From Histomonas meleagridis 2922-C6/04-290x (lineage: Eukaryota; Protista; Parabasalia), in contig JAANOX010000224.1 in NCBI GenBank assembly GCA_020184695.1, forward strand, positions 62,001 to 126,000: a stretch of 64,000 bases of DNA, written 5' to 3'. The notes under the pieces were generated by a model. The model was given only the letters and a program-made list of their open reading frames with translations, did no database searches and was not told the origin of the DNA. The stretch's first letter is position 1. Each line of letters starts with the position of its first letter. Made by a program: the position numbers and the translations under genes. Shown here piece after piece: positions 11,635 through 21,675 of the stretch.

Positions 11635-11876
11635 CTTGAAAATCCGTCACTTTTCATTTCACTTGTGAACTGCGAATAACGGTTTTATTCACTTTTTGGC
11701 TCTATTCGACGATCATTTCATATTCAAAAACAAAATTATTCAATTCAAAACGATCGTTTCGTTTAATGTTTGTGAAATTGGAAATTTGACTTTTATTAAA
11801 TATTTTATGAAAAATGTTTTATAAGGTTCAAACAAATGATGTAATTTCATATTGTCAATTAGCGTACGCTTTTTTC

Positions 11877-14294
11877 TTATGTTTCAACATTTTCAGATGG
11901 AATGAGGTTTGCATCAGCTTCGTTTTCATTTGGAATATTTTCATTTTCATTTTGAACAACTTCTGTTTCATTTTCTGTTTCATTTTCATTTGATGGAACA
12001 ACTTCTGTTTTATTTTCTGTTTCATTTGGAATATTTTCTGTTTCATTTTGAACATCTTCTGTTTCATTTTCATTTGGAACAACTTCTGTTTCATTTTCAT
12101 TTGGAACAACTTCTGTTTCATTTGGAATATTTTCTGTTTCATTTTCATTTGGAACAACTTCTGTTTCATTTTCATTTGGAACAACTTCTGTTTCATTTGG
12201 AATATTTTCTGTTTCATTTGGAACAACTTCTGTTTCATTTTCATTTGGAACAACTTCTGTTTCATTTTGAACAACTTCTGTTTCATTTTGAACAACTTCT
12301 GTTTCATTTGGAACAACTTCTGTTTCATTTTCATTTGGAACAACTTCTGTTTCATTTGGAATATTTTCTGTTTCATTTGGAACAACTTCTGTTTCATTTT
12401 CATTTGGAACAACTTCTGTTTCATTTTGAACAACTTCTGTTTCATTTTGAACAACTTCTGTTTCATTTTCATTTGGAATATTTTCTGTTTCATTTGGAAC
12501 AACTTCTGTTTCATTTTCATTTGGAACATTTTCTGCTTCGTTATCGCTTGTTGAAATGATTTCGCTTCCATTAGATGGATTTACTATTATTTCTTTATTT
12601 TCATTGTCATTTTCTTGAATTGTATTTGTTTCATTTTCATTTGATGTAAAGATTTTTGCTTCTTTAATAGCTTCAGATGAAATGAAATTTGTTTCGCTTT
12701 GCTCTGATTTATCGCCGCCAGATGGAGGAGGAACATATTTAATAGCGCTTACTTCAGCCTCGTCCTTTTGATATGACGGAGGTATAATTTGAAATTGATT
12801 TTCATTAGTATTATCATTGTATGATGAATATTGAATAAAATTATCATTTTGTGGCGGAACATATGTTATATCATTATCATTTTGTGGTGGAACATATGTT
12901 ATATCATTATCATTTTGTGGTGGAACATATGTTATATCATTATCATTTTGTGGTGGAACATATGTTATATCATTATCAGTTTGTGGCGGAACATATGTTA
13001 TATCATTATCATTTTGTGGCGGAACATATGTTATATCATTATCATTTTGTGGTGGAACATATGTTATATCATTATCATTTTGTGGTGGAACATATGTTAT
13101 ATCATTATCATTTTGTGGTGGAACAAATGTTATATCATTATCATTTTGTGGTGGAACATATGTTATATCATTATTATTTTGTGGTGGAACATATGTTATA
13201 TCATTATCAGTTTGTGGTGGAACAAATGTTATATCATTATCATTTTGTGGCGGAATCGGAATATCTTCACCTTGTGCTTCTACAATAATTTTATATATTT
13301 GTAAAATAGCGTATGCATCATGAGCAGCATAAAGCACCTGTTGAACGCTCAGAGGTCTTTTGCTCCAATTTGAACATTGGACATTTTTATCCTTAAATTC
13401 AGCGCAAGGTTTGCATAAGAACTTTTCTGTTAACTCATTAAAGTTAAGTGTAAAGCCGAGTGCCAAAAGTCTCTTTTCGATGTCTTCAGCAACGAAGTTC
13501 ACTCCTAAGAAATTTTTTAATCGGATCTTATCATACATCATTCCTTTGCCAATAAATTTGGCTGATTGATTAAATAATTTAATGGACTCAACTCCATACC
13601 CTCTATTTCCGGTAACAACTATAACGCCTTTAGAAGATGCAAATTGAAATGAATCAATGATGTTGATGGAATTCATTGATGGTTGAGCCCATTCAAAGTC
13701 AGAACTAATAACATCCCCATCTAAGAGAGACATAAGTTTGTCTAAAAGTTTTGGGTCAGATGCATCAACAACTGTTATTGGAATTTTAAAATTGGAATAA
13801 AATTCGACAAGCCGTGTTTCACTAGAAAACCATTTGCATTTAGCGTAGTAAGATAGTGGTGGATAATCAGGTCCAAAGCAGATTTCAGAAAATTTATTAA
13901 TAATTGAATCAGGAGAAGATGGTTTGTGCAAATATTTTTGAATTAAGGTTTCAATTGTATTTTCATCAAATCCTTCGTACCTTTCTATTTCTTTTTTATC
14001 TTTGAAAAATAAAAAAGTTGGGACTGATTGAATACTAAACTGTGCTGGAGGAGCTTTATTTGCTGTACAATTTGATATGGAAAAAATAACGTCTTTATAG
14101 GTATTAATTAAATATTGCCAAAAAGAGAGGATCCTTTTTTTATTTGCATTATTTTTCCGTTTAAAAAGAACAACTACCAGTTGGTTTGCTCTTGCAGAGT
14201 TGATGGATTCTTGAGGTGTTGCAGATGGAATGGGTGTAGACATGAATTTTTTAGGAAACTTTGCTACCCCCGACAACGGTTTTATAGAAAACAT
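11877..14294 (-). CDS. Thioredoxin-like domain + DEDDy 3'-5' exonuclease (WRN/RNase D-like) + repetitive acidic C-terminus
   Basis: FSIQSVPTFLFFKDKKEIERYEG (Trx-fold C-terminal half, no CxxC seen). SSDFEW (ExoI), YDKIRL (ExoII), SNWSKRPLSVQQVLYAAHDA (ExoIII). First ATG at 14294. Confidence 0.8.
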   Translation of the reverse strand: MFSIKPLSGVAKFPKKFMSTPIPSATPQESINSARANQLVVVLFKRKNNANKKRILSFWQYLINTYKDVIFSISNCTANKAPPAQFSIQSVPTFLFFKDKKEIERYEGFDENTIETLIQKYLHKPSSPDSIINKFSEICFGPDYPPLSYYAKCKWFSSETRLVEFYSNFKIPITVVDASDPKLLDKLMSLLDGDVISSDFEWAQPSMNSINIIDSFQFASSKGVIVVTGNRGYGVESIKLFNQSAKFIGKGMMYDKIRLKNFLGVNFVAEDIEKRLLALGFTLNFNELTEKFLCKPCAEFKDKNVQCSNWSKRPLSVQQVLYAAHDAYAILQIYKIIVEAQGEDIPIPPQNDNDITFVPPQTDNDITYVPPQNNNDITYVPPQNDNDITFVPPQNDNDITYVPPQNDNDITYVPPQNDNDITYVPPQNDNDITYVPPQTDNDITYVPPQNDNDITYVPPQNDNDITYVPPQNDNDITYVPPQNDNFIQYSSYNDNTNENQFQIIPPSYQKDEAEVSAIKYVPPPSGGDKSEQSETNFISSEAIKEAKIFTSNENETNTIQENDNENKEIIVNPSNGSEIISTSDNEAENVPNENETEVVPNETENIPNENETEVVQNETEVVQNETEVVPNENETEVVPNETENIPNETEVVPNENETEVVPNETEVVQNETEVVQNETEVVPNENETEVVPNETENIPNETEVVPNENETEVVPNENETENIPNETEVVPNENETEVVPNENETEDVQNETENIPNETENKTEVVPSNENETENETEVVQNENENIPNENEADANLIPSENVET
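11921..12535 (-). repeat. Coding low-complexity tandem repeats (NETEVVPNE/NETENIP units)
   Basis: Direct inspection. Mixed 21/27-nt units; these generate the spurious overlapping ORFs. Confidence 0.9.
12841..13253 (-). repeat. 33-nt coding tandem repeat (PPQNDNDITYV), 12 full copies + partial
   Basis: Direct inspection: unit TTATCATTTTGTGGTGGAACATATGTTATATCA on + strand. Confidence 0.95.
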
Positions 14295-14332
14295 TGTCAA
14301 TGTTTCGGCTTTTTGCGGGTGACTGTTTGAAT

Positions 14333-14340
14333 AAACGGTT
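14333..14340. promoter_or_regulatory. Myb-recognition/M3-like element (AAACGGTT / AACCGTTT) ~40 nt upstream of the Trx-exonuclease ATG
   Basis: Matches the RRCSGTT motif described for trichomonad core promoters. Similar motifs lie upstream of other genes (e.g. 63600-63607). Confidence 0.4.
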
Positions 14341-15054
14341 TAATCAAATAAACGGCTTATTAAAAATGGAAAAAATAGAATTTAAAGGCATAATGTTGCT
14401 TTGATTCATTTTACAATGCAAGCTTCACATACGAAAATGTACCTTCGCCAATTATTTCTAAGAGTGAGTATATGCCAATTTGGGATGGGAAACAAACGTT
14501 ATCGACCGTTTAGAACCGCCGAAAAATATTAATATTGAAAAAAAAATTTTTTTTGTTAATAGAAATTATCATAATTTATAAGTATTTATGTAATTGCGAG
14601 AAAATACTATTTAGAATGTGATTAAAAAAATTTTTGCAACAATGATTTTGATCGAGATTATCTCTAGAAAATCATTTTATTAAATTTTAATAGTTATATG
14701 AATACCTTATTAGGTATTAAGGAAATTTCATTAGTATATTAGTATAATTACAGAAGTTGAGTTAAATATTATAAAAATTTTATACATAAAATCAGACAAG
14801 GATGAAGCAGCTATCATGATAGAACTCACAACAATGGATTTAAAAAATGTAATAAATATAAATGGTTTCCTTTGTTTGTTAATAAAAAAAAATCTGTAAA
14901 AAGGGATTAAAAGGGGATCAAAATCACATCAGATAAAAAGTATAAGTTTCATTTTATTTATCATTAAATATTGGATTCACATTACGCAAATTAAAATATT
15001 ATTTATAGATAGTTTATTTAAATTTTTTATTATAACAAATTATTAATTTTTTCT

Positions 15055-17655
15055 TTATGGTTGGAATTCAATTTCATATTGAGAAGCGAATTCTTCCGAT
15101 GCAAAGAAAATTGGAATTTTAGCGATTTTCCCAAACATTATAATTGAAACGTTAAAGTTAATACTGTGATTCGGTTTCAAAACTTCGGCTTTTTTCACCA
15201 TCGTTCCAATTACAATGAATTCATTAACATTTTCGTCGCTACATAAAATTCCAATTGTTATACTCTTAAAAGTTATATTTGAAATATTATTAATTTGAAT
15301 TGAATATTTTAACTTATTTAATTTCTTCATCAAAATCGAAATTGGGATTTTAGGTAATTTCATTTCATAATATACATAACCCAAATCATTTTTATACCAG
15401 AAATAAAGGGAATTCTTTAGGATAAAAGGTTCGCAATATTTAGGAAGATCAATTTTATTATTAATATTTTCACTAGCAACAAAATCAATTTTACAATTTC
15501 TTTTATGAATTAATAAATGATAACTTTTAATATCAGATAAAATCCCAGTAAAACCAATTGCTTTAGTTAACTTTGGAGACTTTATACTAATTTTAGTGTT
15601 TATTATATGAGATAAAATTGTTGGGTAATCAATGATTTTAAAATTATAATTATAACTTTCATATCGTGGAATCATTTTATTATCCCAATACGGAATTAAT
15701 ACATTAAAATTATATTCCCCAATTTGATCACAAGAAAAAACTAAAGAAAAATATTTCTTTTCATTAGTATTAAATGAACCTAAAGAAATTATATTCGACG
15801 ATAATTCATTAAATATTGGCTTAATTAAATAACATTTCATTGGATATATTGCCAAAACTCCAATATTTGTTATCGGAAAAGAATTATTTTCTAATTCAAA
15901 ATCTAATTTTATGATTTGACCTTTTGTTAATGTGTTATTATTAGGTATATTATTTACATTCATTTTTATCAAAGGAACTTCTTTATGTATAACAATTTTA
16001 ATTGGATTATGTTGAAAAGTAGTTTCTAAATGTACTATTCCTCCCCAATTATATTTTATTCCATATAATTCTAACACTCCCTCATTTAATGGTATTATTT
16101 CTATTTCATCAAAACTAATTTTATTCTTTGTTATATTTATAGGCTTTTGATATGTTTTAACATTACCATTAACTAACAAAGTGAAATCATTTAAATCATA
16201 AGTAATATTGTTCATTTTAATCATTAACTTAAATTTAATCGGCTCATTAATTACACTCTCACGTTTATTAAACATATCATTATTAAAAAATGTGTCTTTT
16301 GATAACCCGTTAAACGCAAGTTGTTTTATGTTATTCCATTCATTAGGTTCTATTCCTTTCGGTATTGAACCTATAAATCCTTTCGTTTCAAATGATATTA
16401 CAGACGCAAATATAAATTTACATGAAAAACAAAAATCGTTTTGAATATGTTCAAAATAATTTTTCGTTTGTTCTGGAAAACTAATGTAATTAGAATTAAA
16501 TATTCCTGAAAGTAATTCGATTATGTTTTCATTCGAAGATCGTGAAATTATTGCTGAAAGTTCATTGCCTAATAAAGGCCATTTTTCATTTAATAAAAAA
16601 TCATTTACAATTCGCATACAATCAAATCCAACTTTTAATAGTCCGATTTCAATATATGTTTTACCTGAATATGATAAATAAAATATTGACTTATGTGGCG
16701 TTAAATAATTTGATATTTCTTCCATTAAAAAGGATGAAAAATGTTTTTGTAAAAATGGGGATTGTAAACAATGAAAAAGAGCTTTCTCTGGATGTAATTT
16801 CATTTGTTTTCGGACATAAAATTCATATAACGTGCACTTGATTGAAAATATGTCAGACGGTTTTTCATTTGACGCATCGGTTAAATAATTTAACGTCTGC
16901 TTCGTGATGGACTTGTTTAAAATGTCTGAAATTGCAGCACAAAAAAGAATTTGTTTCCGGAACTTTTCATTTGGATTATAGTCAAGTAATTGCGCATATG
17001 ATGTTGACGCTTTTTCATATTCTCCTTGTTGAACTTGGATATCTGCATAACATTTAAGTGTGGTTTGAAGACTAAGAGCATCATGAAGTATGGTTGAAAA
17101 GAATTTACGAACACCAATCCATTGGTTATTATAATTTTGTTCATTAGAAATGACTAATTCTGAATATTGCACAATGAAATATTTTTTAAATATATTTGAT
17201 ATGTCAATTACAAGATCTTCGGAATAACGTATGGCTTGTCGTTTGAGCTTCGAAAGATATGGTTTTGTCCATTCGGGATAAAAATCATAATCAACAGTTG
17301 GTACTTCATTACCTAATATAAAAATTAAAGTGCCAACGGGTAGGTCTGGGAAAAAATATAAAGGTGCAAATTCCAAGTCAAAAATGGATTTTATGAGATA
17401 TTCTATTGATTGATTGACTTGATATTTTCCAATTGAAGCTTGTTGCAATCGTATGTTTTTCATATTTTCTTGGATTTTTTGTGCATCAACTTGCTTTTTA
17501 TGGAATATTAAACGAAATTTTAATGGAAATGTTTTTTCTGCTTCTTTGTAAGCGTTGTCAATAATCTCGCTAATGTTTGGGACAGATTCATTTAGTTCTT
17601 TTGATATATGGCAAAAAATTGATGGAGAAAATCTGTATTTCAGGAATTCATCCAT
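15055..17655 (-). CDS. TRAPPC8/Trs85-like TRAPP III subunit (TPR region + C-terminal Ig-like domains), tentative
   Basis: LKCYADIQVQQGEYEKASTSYAQL resembles the Trs85 TPR motif. Beta-rich C-terminal half. First ATG at 17655 (track start is TTG). Confidence 0.45.
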   Translation of the reverse strand: MDEFLKYRFSPSIFCHISKELNESVPNISEIIDNAYKEAEKTFPLKFRLIFHKKQVDAQKIQENMKNIRLQQASIGKYQVNQSIEYLIKSIFDLEFAPLYFFPDLPVGTLIFILGNEVPTVDYDFYPEWTKPYLSKLKRQAIRYSEDLVIDISNIFKKYFIVQYSELVISNEQNYNNQWIGVRKFFSTILHDALSLQTTLKCYADIQVQQGEYEKASTSYAQLLDYNPNEKFRKQILFCAAISDILNKSITKQTLNYLTDASNEKPSDIFSIKCTLYEFYVRKQMKLHPEKALFHCLQSPFLQKHFSSFLMEEISNYLTPHKSIFYLSYSGKTYIEIGLLKVGFDCMRIVNDFLLNEKWPLLGNELSAIISRSSNENIIELLSGIFNSNYISFPEQTKNYFEHIQNDFCFSCKFIFASVISFETKGFIGSIPKGIEPNEWNNIKQLAFNGLSKDTFFNNDMFNKRESVINEPIKFKLMIKMNNITYDLNDFTLLVNGNVKTYQKPINITKNKISFDEIEIIPLNEGVLELYGIKYNWGGIVHLETTFQHNPIKIVIHKEVPLIKMNVNNIPNNNTLTKGQIIKLDFELENNSFPITNIGVLAIYPMKCYLIKPIFNELSSNIISLGSFNTNEKKYFSLVFSCDQIGEYNFNVLIPYWDNKMIPRYESYNYNFKIIDYPTILSHIINTKISIKSPKLTKAIGFTGILSDIKSYHLLIHKRNCKIDFVASENINNKIDLPKYCEPFILKNSLYFWYKNDLGYVYYEMKLPKIPISILMKKLNKLKYSIQINNISNITFKSITIGILCSDENVNEFIVIGTMVKKAEVLKPNHSINFNVSIIMFGKIAKIPIFFASEEFASQYEIEFQP

Positions 17656-17856
17656 AATAAACCGAAAGTATTGAATATATTGAATGAGTGTGCTGAAAAT
17701 ATTCAATTCAGAAAACCCTCAAAAAGTTCGATGTAATCTTTTCGTCATTTCCCAAATTTTCCTCTTCATCTGCTTATAAGACATTGAACTTAACACAACA
17801 ATGGGCTCTTCTAAAAAAAGTATGAAGAAACAATTCATTATTTATAAATAAGATTT

Positions 17857-19290
17857 TCACCCATCCATTTGATCTTGTATTCCGCCTGCAATTGTCGCCT
17901 TATATTTATTCCACACTTCGCTGAAATTATTTTCCAGTATCAATTGAACGAATTCTTCTTTTCTTTTTTCAGGTCTTTTAATTAACAATGCAATTTGATC
18001 TTCTGTTATACAAGACGAAGAAGTTAATGTCAAATCTTCTGGAAACTGTGCATATTGGTCGATAAGTTTCTTTAGTTTTTGTCTAATTTCATCATCTTCG
18101 GATTGTTCGAAATTAAATGCATGACTTATTTGTGACATCACTGCCTTATTTTGTGTGGCTTCAAACATTCTCGGAGACATCAAACGTAGGAATATGACAC
18201 CACTCACAGCAAAATACTCAGCGCCCGTGTTGGGAAACCTTCGTAACGCTTCGGTGTAAATGCAATGTAAAATAAACCGCGAAAGCGGTTGGAATTCAAT
18301 TTTGGAAAATTCGTCAGCGAAGTACTCAACAACGGAATCATTCGGAAGATTACACATAGCGTCAAGGAATAGTTGGAACGATGGGTCTGTCTTGATGACT
18401 GTTGTTAAGAGATATGTTAAAAATGAATTAGAACGAAGAACAAGACTGGGAGTAGATAGCTCAGAAAAGTTGATGAAAAGAAGAAGAGGAAGAAGAGTAC
18501 GAAGATAAAAACCACAAGCTCCAATCCAAGCAAAACAATAATTTGATGAATCATAATCTTCACGTGCATATTGTATTTGTGATAAAAGATAGAGATACTG
18601 AGGATTTTCAACAATGGAACGCATGAAAGAGCGAGTTTGACGTGATAATGGCATGGTATTATAAACTAAAATTGATAACGCGTAAAGATGAAAGGAACTT
18701 TGTTTTATGCTTTTTGTTTGATTGAGAAGATCACGAGCTTGTGTAAAGTGACGAATGTCGAATTGCTTTTTCTCATCATCTGATTGAATTGCAGTAAGTG
18801 TTTTACCAGATATAACAATCGATGTAAGATCAGGAATAATGTCAACTGTATCTTCTTCAACATAATAAAAAGTTGCTCCATTTTGGGTATGTATAAACCA
18901 AACATTTTTTGAAGAGGAAAATGTGCCCTTTGGTCTGAGTAAAAGGTAATAAGATGAACAATGTTCGGATGGAAGATCGAAAAAGTCGATATCTTTAATA
19001 TTTTTGATGCGAGAAGTTCGAAATATTTTCATTAATGAATTATTAGCAACTGAATATGATGGATGAAATTTTTCGTAGTTTCTTGGTGGCTTCTCTTTCT
19101 TATATAATATTGATTTTTGAGCATTTGGATGAGGCTTTCTTTGGAAATAAAAGATTTTTTCTTCCTCAAATGAAAGAATGTAATATGGTTCAAATAAAGG
19201 CAATTCTTCCTCGATTTTGGAAAGTATGATTCTTCCTTGTTGTTTTGGATGCGAAATGTCGTTCATAGCTTTGCCACTTTTCTCGCACAT
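17857..19290 (-). CDS. RasGAP-domain protein
   Basis: LVLRSNSFLT (arginine finger region, cf. FRxNS) and VSGVIFLRLMSPRM (cf. FLRxxxPA signature). Confidence 0.8.
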   Translation of the reverse strand: MCEKSGKAMNDISHPKQQGRIILSKIEEELPLFEPYYILSFEEEKIFYFQRKPHPNAQKSILYKKEKPPRNYEKFHPSYSVANNSLMKIFRTSRIKNIKDIDFFDLPSEHCSSYYLLLRPKGTFSSSKNVWFIHTQNGATFYYVEEDTVDIIPDLTSIVISGKTLTAIQSDDEKKQFDIRHFTQARDLLNQTKSIKQSSFHLYALSILVYNTMPLSRQTRSFMRSIVENPQYLYLLSQIQYAREDYDSSNYCFAWIGACGFYLRTLLPLLLFINFSELSTPSLVLRSNSFLTYLLTTVIKTDPSFQLFLDAMCNLPNDSVVEYFADEFSKIEFQPLSRFILHCIYTEALRRFPNTGAEYFAVSGVIFLRLMSPRMFEATQNKAVMSQISHAFNFEQSEDDEIRQKLKKLIDQYAQFPEDLTLTSSSCITEDQIALLIKRPEKRKEEFVQLILENNFSEVWNKYKATIAGGIQDQMDG

Positions 19291-19466
19291 GAAATTGAAT
19301 GTAAACTGATCGTCAAATGGATCTCAAAGTATCGATACTCATCTAAACAATTAATAAACTTCTACAGAAAGCATAGAATAAATCCAAAAAAAGAATCTTA
19401 AAAGATTAAATCAAAGTTTACAAAACATAATATCTTTAAGATCGGATATTAAATCTGTAATGAATA

Positions 19467-20046
19467 TTAAATTTTCAAATTTATGCAATAGACACGTCTA
19501 TAGAAAAACATCGGTGTATAGCAATTACTTGTGTTTCTAATTAGCATTCCTTTAATTTTGGGTACATTTGATCGAAATATTTTTTTTTCTTTTTTCATAT
19601 CTTCTTTGATATGTTGACTTAGAGCTAACATTCCGAGTATTAATCCGCTATCACTGTAAGAACGATTCATTGGTACTATTGCCCAATTTTTTTCAATCGA
19701 AGAATGGAAGCCTTTTCTCCTTACATCAAAAGACAATATTTCGAAATCATCTTTTCCATCATAAACTCTAAAGAAATAACCCAGCGAACCATTAAATTTC
19801 TTGTTTGCACTTTCTGCGATTCCAAATGTTAAACAAAATACTTCTCGCGGTATTTGATTAAGGTTTATAATGGAATATAAACCTTTATTATATTCATTAT
19901 ATCTTCCGCTTTCATCCAAAGCAAGTTTTACTGCGCCATTTGACATCGATAGTTTTTTTGCATCAATTGATTCTTTCGATGCTATTAAAATTATTATCAT
20001 ATGCAATAAGCCCTACTTCAAATTTAAACCGGGCTGCATAAGACAT
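19467..20046 (-). CDS. Hypothetical protein, possibly with a +1 frameshift near 19965
   Basis: 179-codon ORF lacking a convincing start. An upstream AAATG-started 27-codon ORF (20046-19963) ends AAT-TGA one base out of frame. Confidence 0.4.
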
Positions 20047-20493
20047 TTAAGATTAACTCTTAATACTCTGCTCATTTGAATAAAAAAATATGGACATTGT
20101 TCCTCAGAAGTAAGGCATGGGGAATAAATTGTTTTCCCGTCTTCTGATTTGGTTTCAATTTTTTTCATCAATTTTGTAATAATTACGTAAACTTGATAAG
20201 AAATCATGTTTATAAAAAATTCACAGTACTCAAAAATTCTTCAATCATCACCCAAGATCGAAACAAAGGAATTCGGAAATATAGGCTCACGAAAGAGAAG
20301 AGATGGTAGCATTTTTGACCGAAGTCAAAGTGCATTTTTTTTTTCAAAACTCTTTGCACAATTTTGGATGAATTGAATTTTCAAGTCAAAAACCATTATG
20401 GGGCAGCCCAATTTTTCTTTTGAATATTGTTTACTTTACACCGGTTTGTGATGTGAATTATTTAAAAAAATGCCACCATTTGTCGTTTTTATA

Positions 20494-20500
20494 TCACTTT
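20494..20500 (+). promoter_or_regulatory. Initiator (Inr) TCACTTT immediately upstream of ATG 20502
   Basis: Matches the trichomonad Inr consensus TCAYT at the typical distance. Confidence 0.55.
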
Positions 20501-20501
20501 A

Positions 20502-21299
20502 ATGCAGTGTGCACAAAGAATTAATGCAAGAGAAAATATCCAACAATTACCGGCAAACTTTCATTTAGCAGTAGAAAAGGCACAAGGGAAACCAATTGTT
20601 TTTGTTACAATTTTAGGGCCATATGAAATTGGAAAATCCTCAATAATAAAAAAACTTACAGGAGACAATGGTATTCAAATAGGTAATGGTTTATATGAAA
20701 CTACAACGGGTATTATGTTGCATGGTCCGTATCCTTATAATCAATTAAGAAAAAGTTTTGAAATGGAAACAATTGAAGACAATGATACACAAGTTTTCTT
20801 TGTTGATACAGAAGGATTTGCTTACTTCAGTGATACAAAACATGAGCAAGAATATATCTCAATTTTAAATAAGTTATTTGCACCTTATTTTGCTCTTTCA
20901 ATTGTTAATGTTTTAATGGTTAGAAGAAACCTAGTAAGAAGCGAGATCAAATATGTTAAAGATATTATCAATGTTATCGAAACATGTCAAAGCAAATCAA
21001 ATCATAACCAAAATCCAAAACTTATTTCATTATGTACCAATGTACTTCCACAATGGGAAGTTGATGCTCGCAATAAATTCATCGAAAATATTGGCGCCGA
21101 AGCAGATTATACCGAATTTCTTACTCTTCCCCAATTCGACATACAAAGTGATTTACTAAACCAATCACAAGAATTCAATAATAGCTTCAAGATTTTTGCT
21201 CAAGCACTTCTCAAAAGTATCGAAGAAGTTCGCAATGAATTTACATTTGATAGCGAAAGCGCTTTTCAAGTATTTAACGAGATAGTTCAAAAGGAGTAA
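20502..21299 (+). CDS. GBP/atlastin-like P-loop GTPase domain protein (short, 265 aa)
   Basis: G1 ILGPYEIGKS, G2 TTGI, G3 FFVDTEGF (the DTEG form is typical of GBP/atlastin). Confidence 0.7.
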   Translation: MQCAQRINARENIQQLPANFHLAVEKAQGKPIVFVTILGPYEIGKSSIIKKLTGDNGIQIGNGLYETTTGIMLHGPYPYNQLRKSFEMETIEDNDTQVFFVDTEGFAYFSDTKHEQEYISILNKLFAPYFALSIVNVLMVRRNLVRSEIKYVKDIINVIETCQSKSNHNQNPKLISLCTNVLPQWEVDARNKFIENIGAEADYTEFLTLPQFDIQSDLLNQSQEFNNSFKIFAQALLKSIEEVRNEFTFDSESAFQVFNEIVQKE

Positions 21300-21675
21300 A
21301 TTTGGAAAAATAAGTAACGAAAACTTATTTTAATATTTTTGGTTTTGTTGATTCAAATAAGTTGAGAATATGATTTGCTTATTTCTTACTGATATGCATA
21401 TGTGCTTTTCATTGTTTTTGCCACTTAATAATGTATGCTCTTATGAAATATATTTTGAAGGCATTGAAACCTTCAGATGTATTAGGATAAGGAATTGTTG
21501 GTTCAAACCAATAAAATGTTTTGAAAAATAGGTTTTAAATATTATGAATTGAAGTTCATTCCTTAAAAACAAATTATTCGCACTTACATTTCATAATAAA
21601 AGAATTTTAAATGAGAAAAGTTAGGAGATTTTGAAATCCAAAATGAAAGTGATATTATAGCATCCAGATATGAAT

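Noticed and set aside
11855-13304. ORFs 11855-12571, 11909-12559, 12048-12554, 12831-13304, 12851-13288
   Set aside because: Alternate-frame or antisense shadows of coding tandem repeats.
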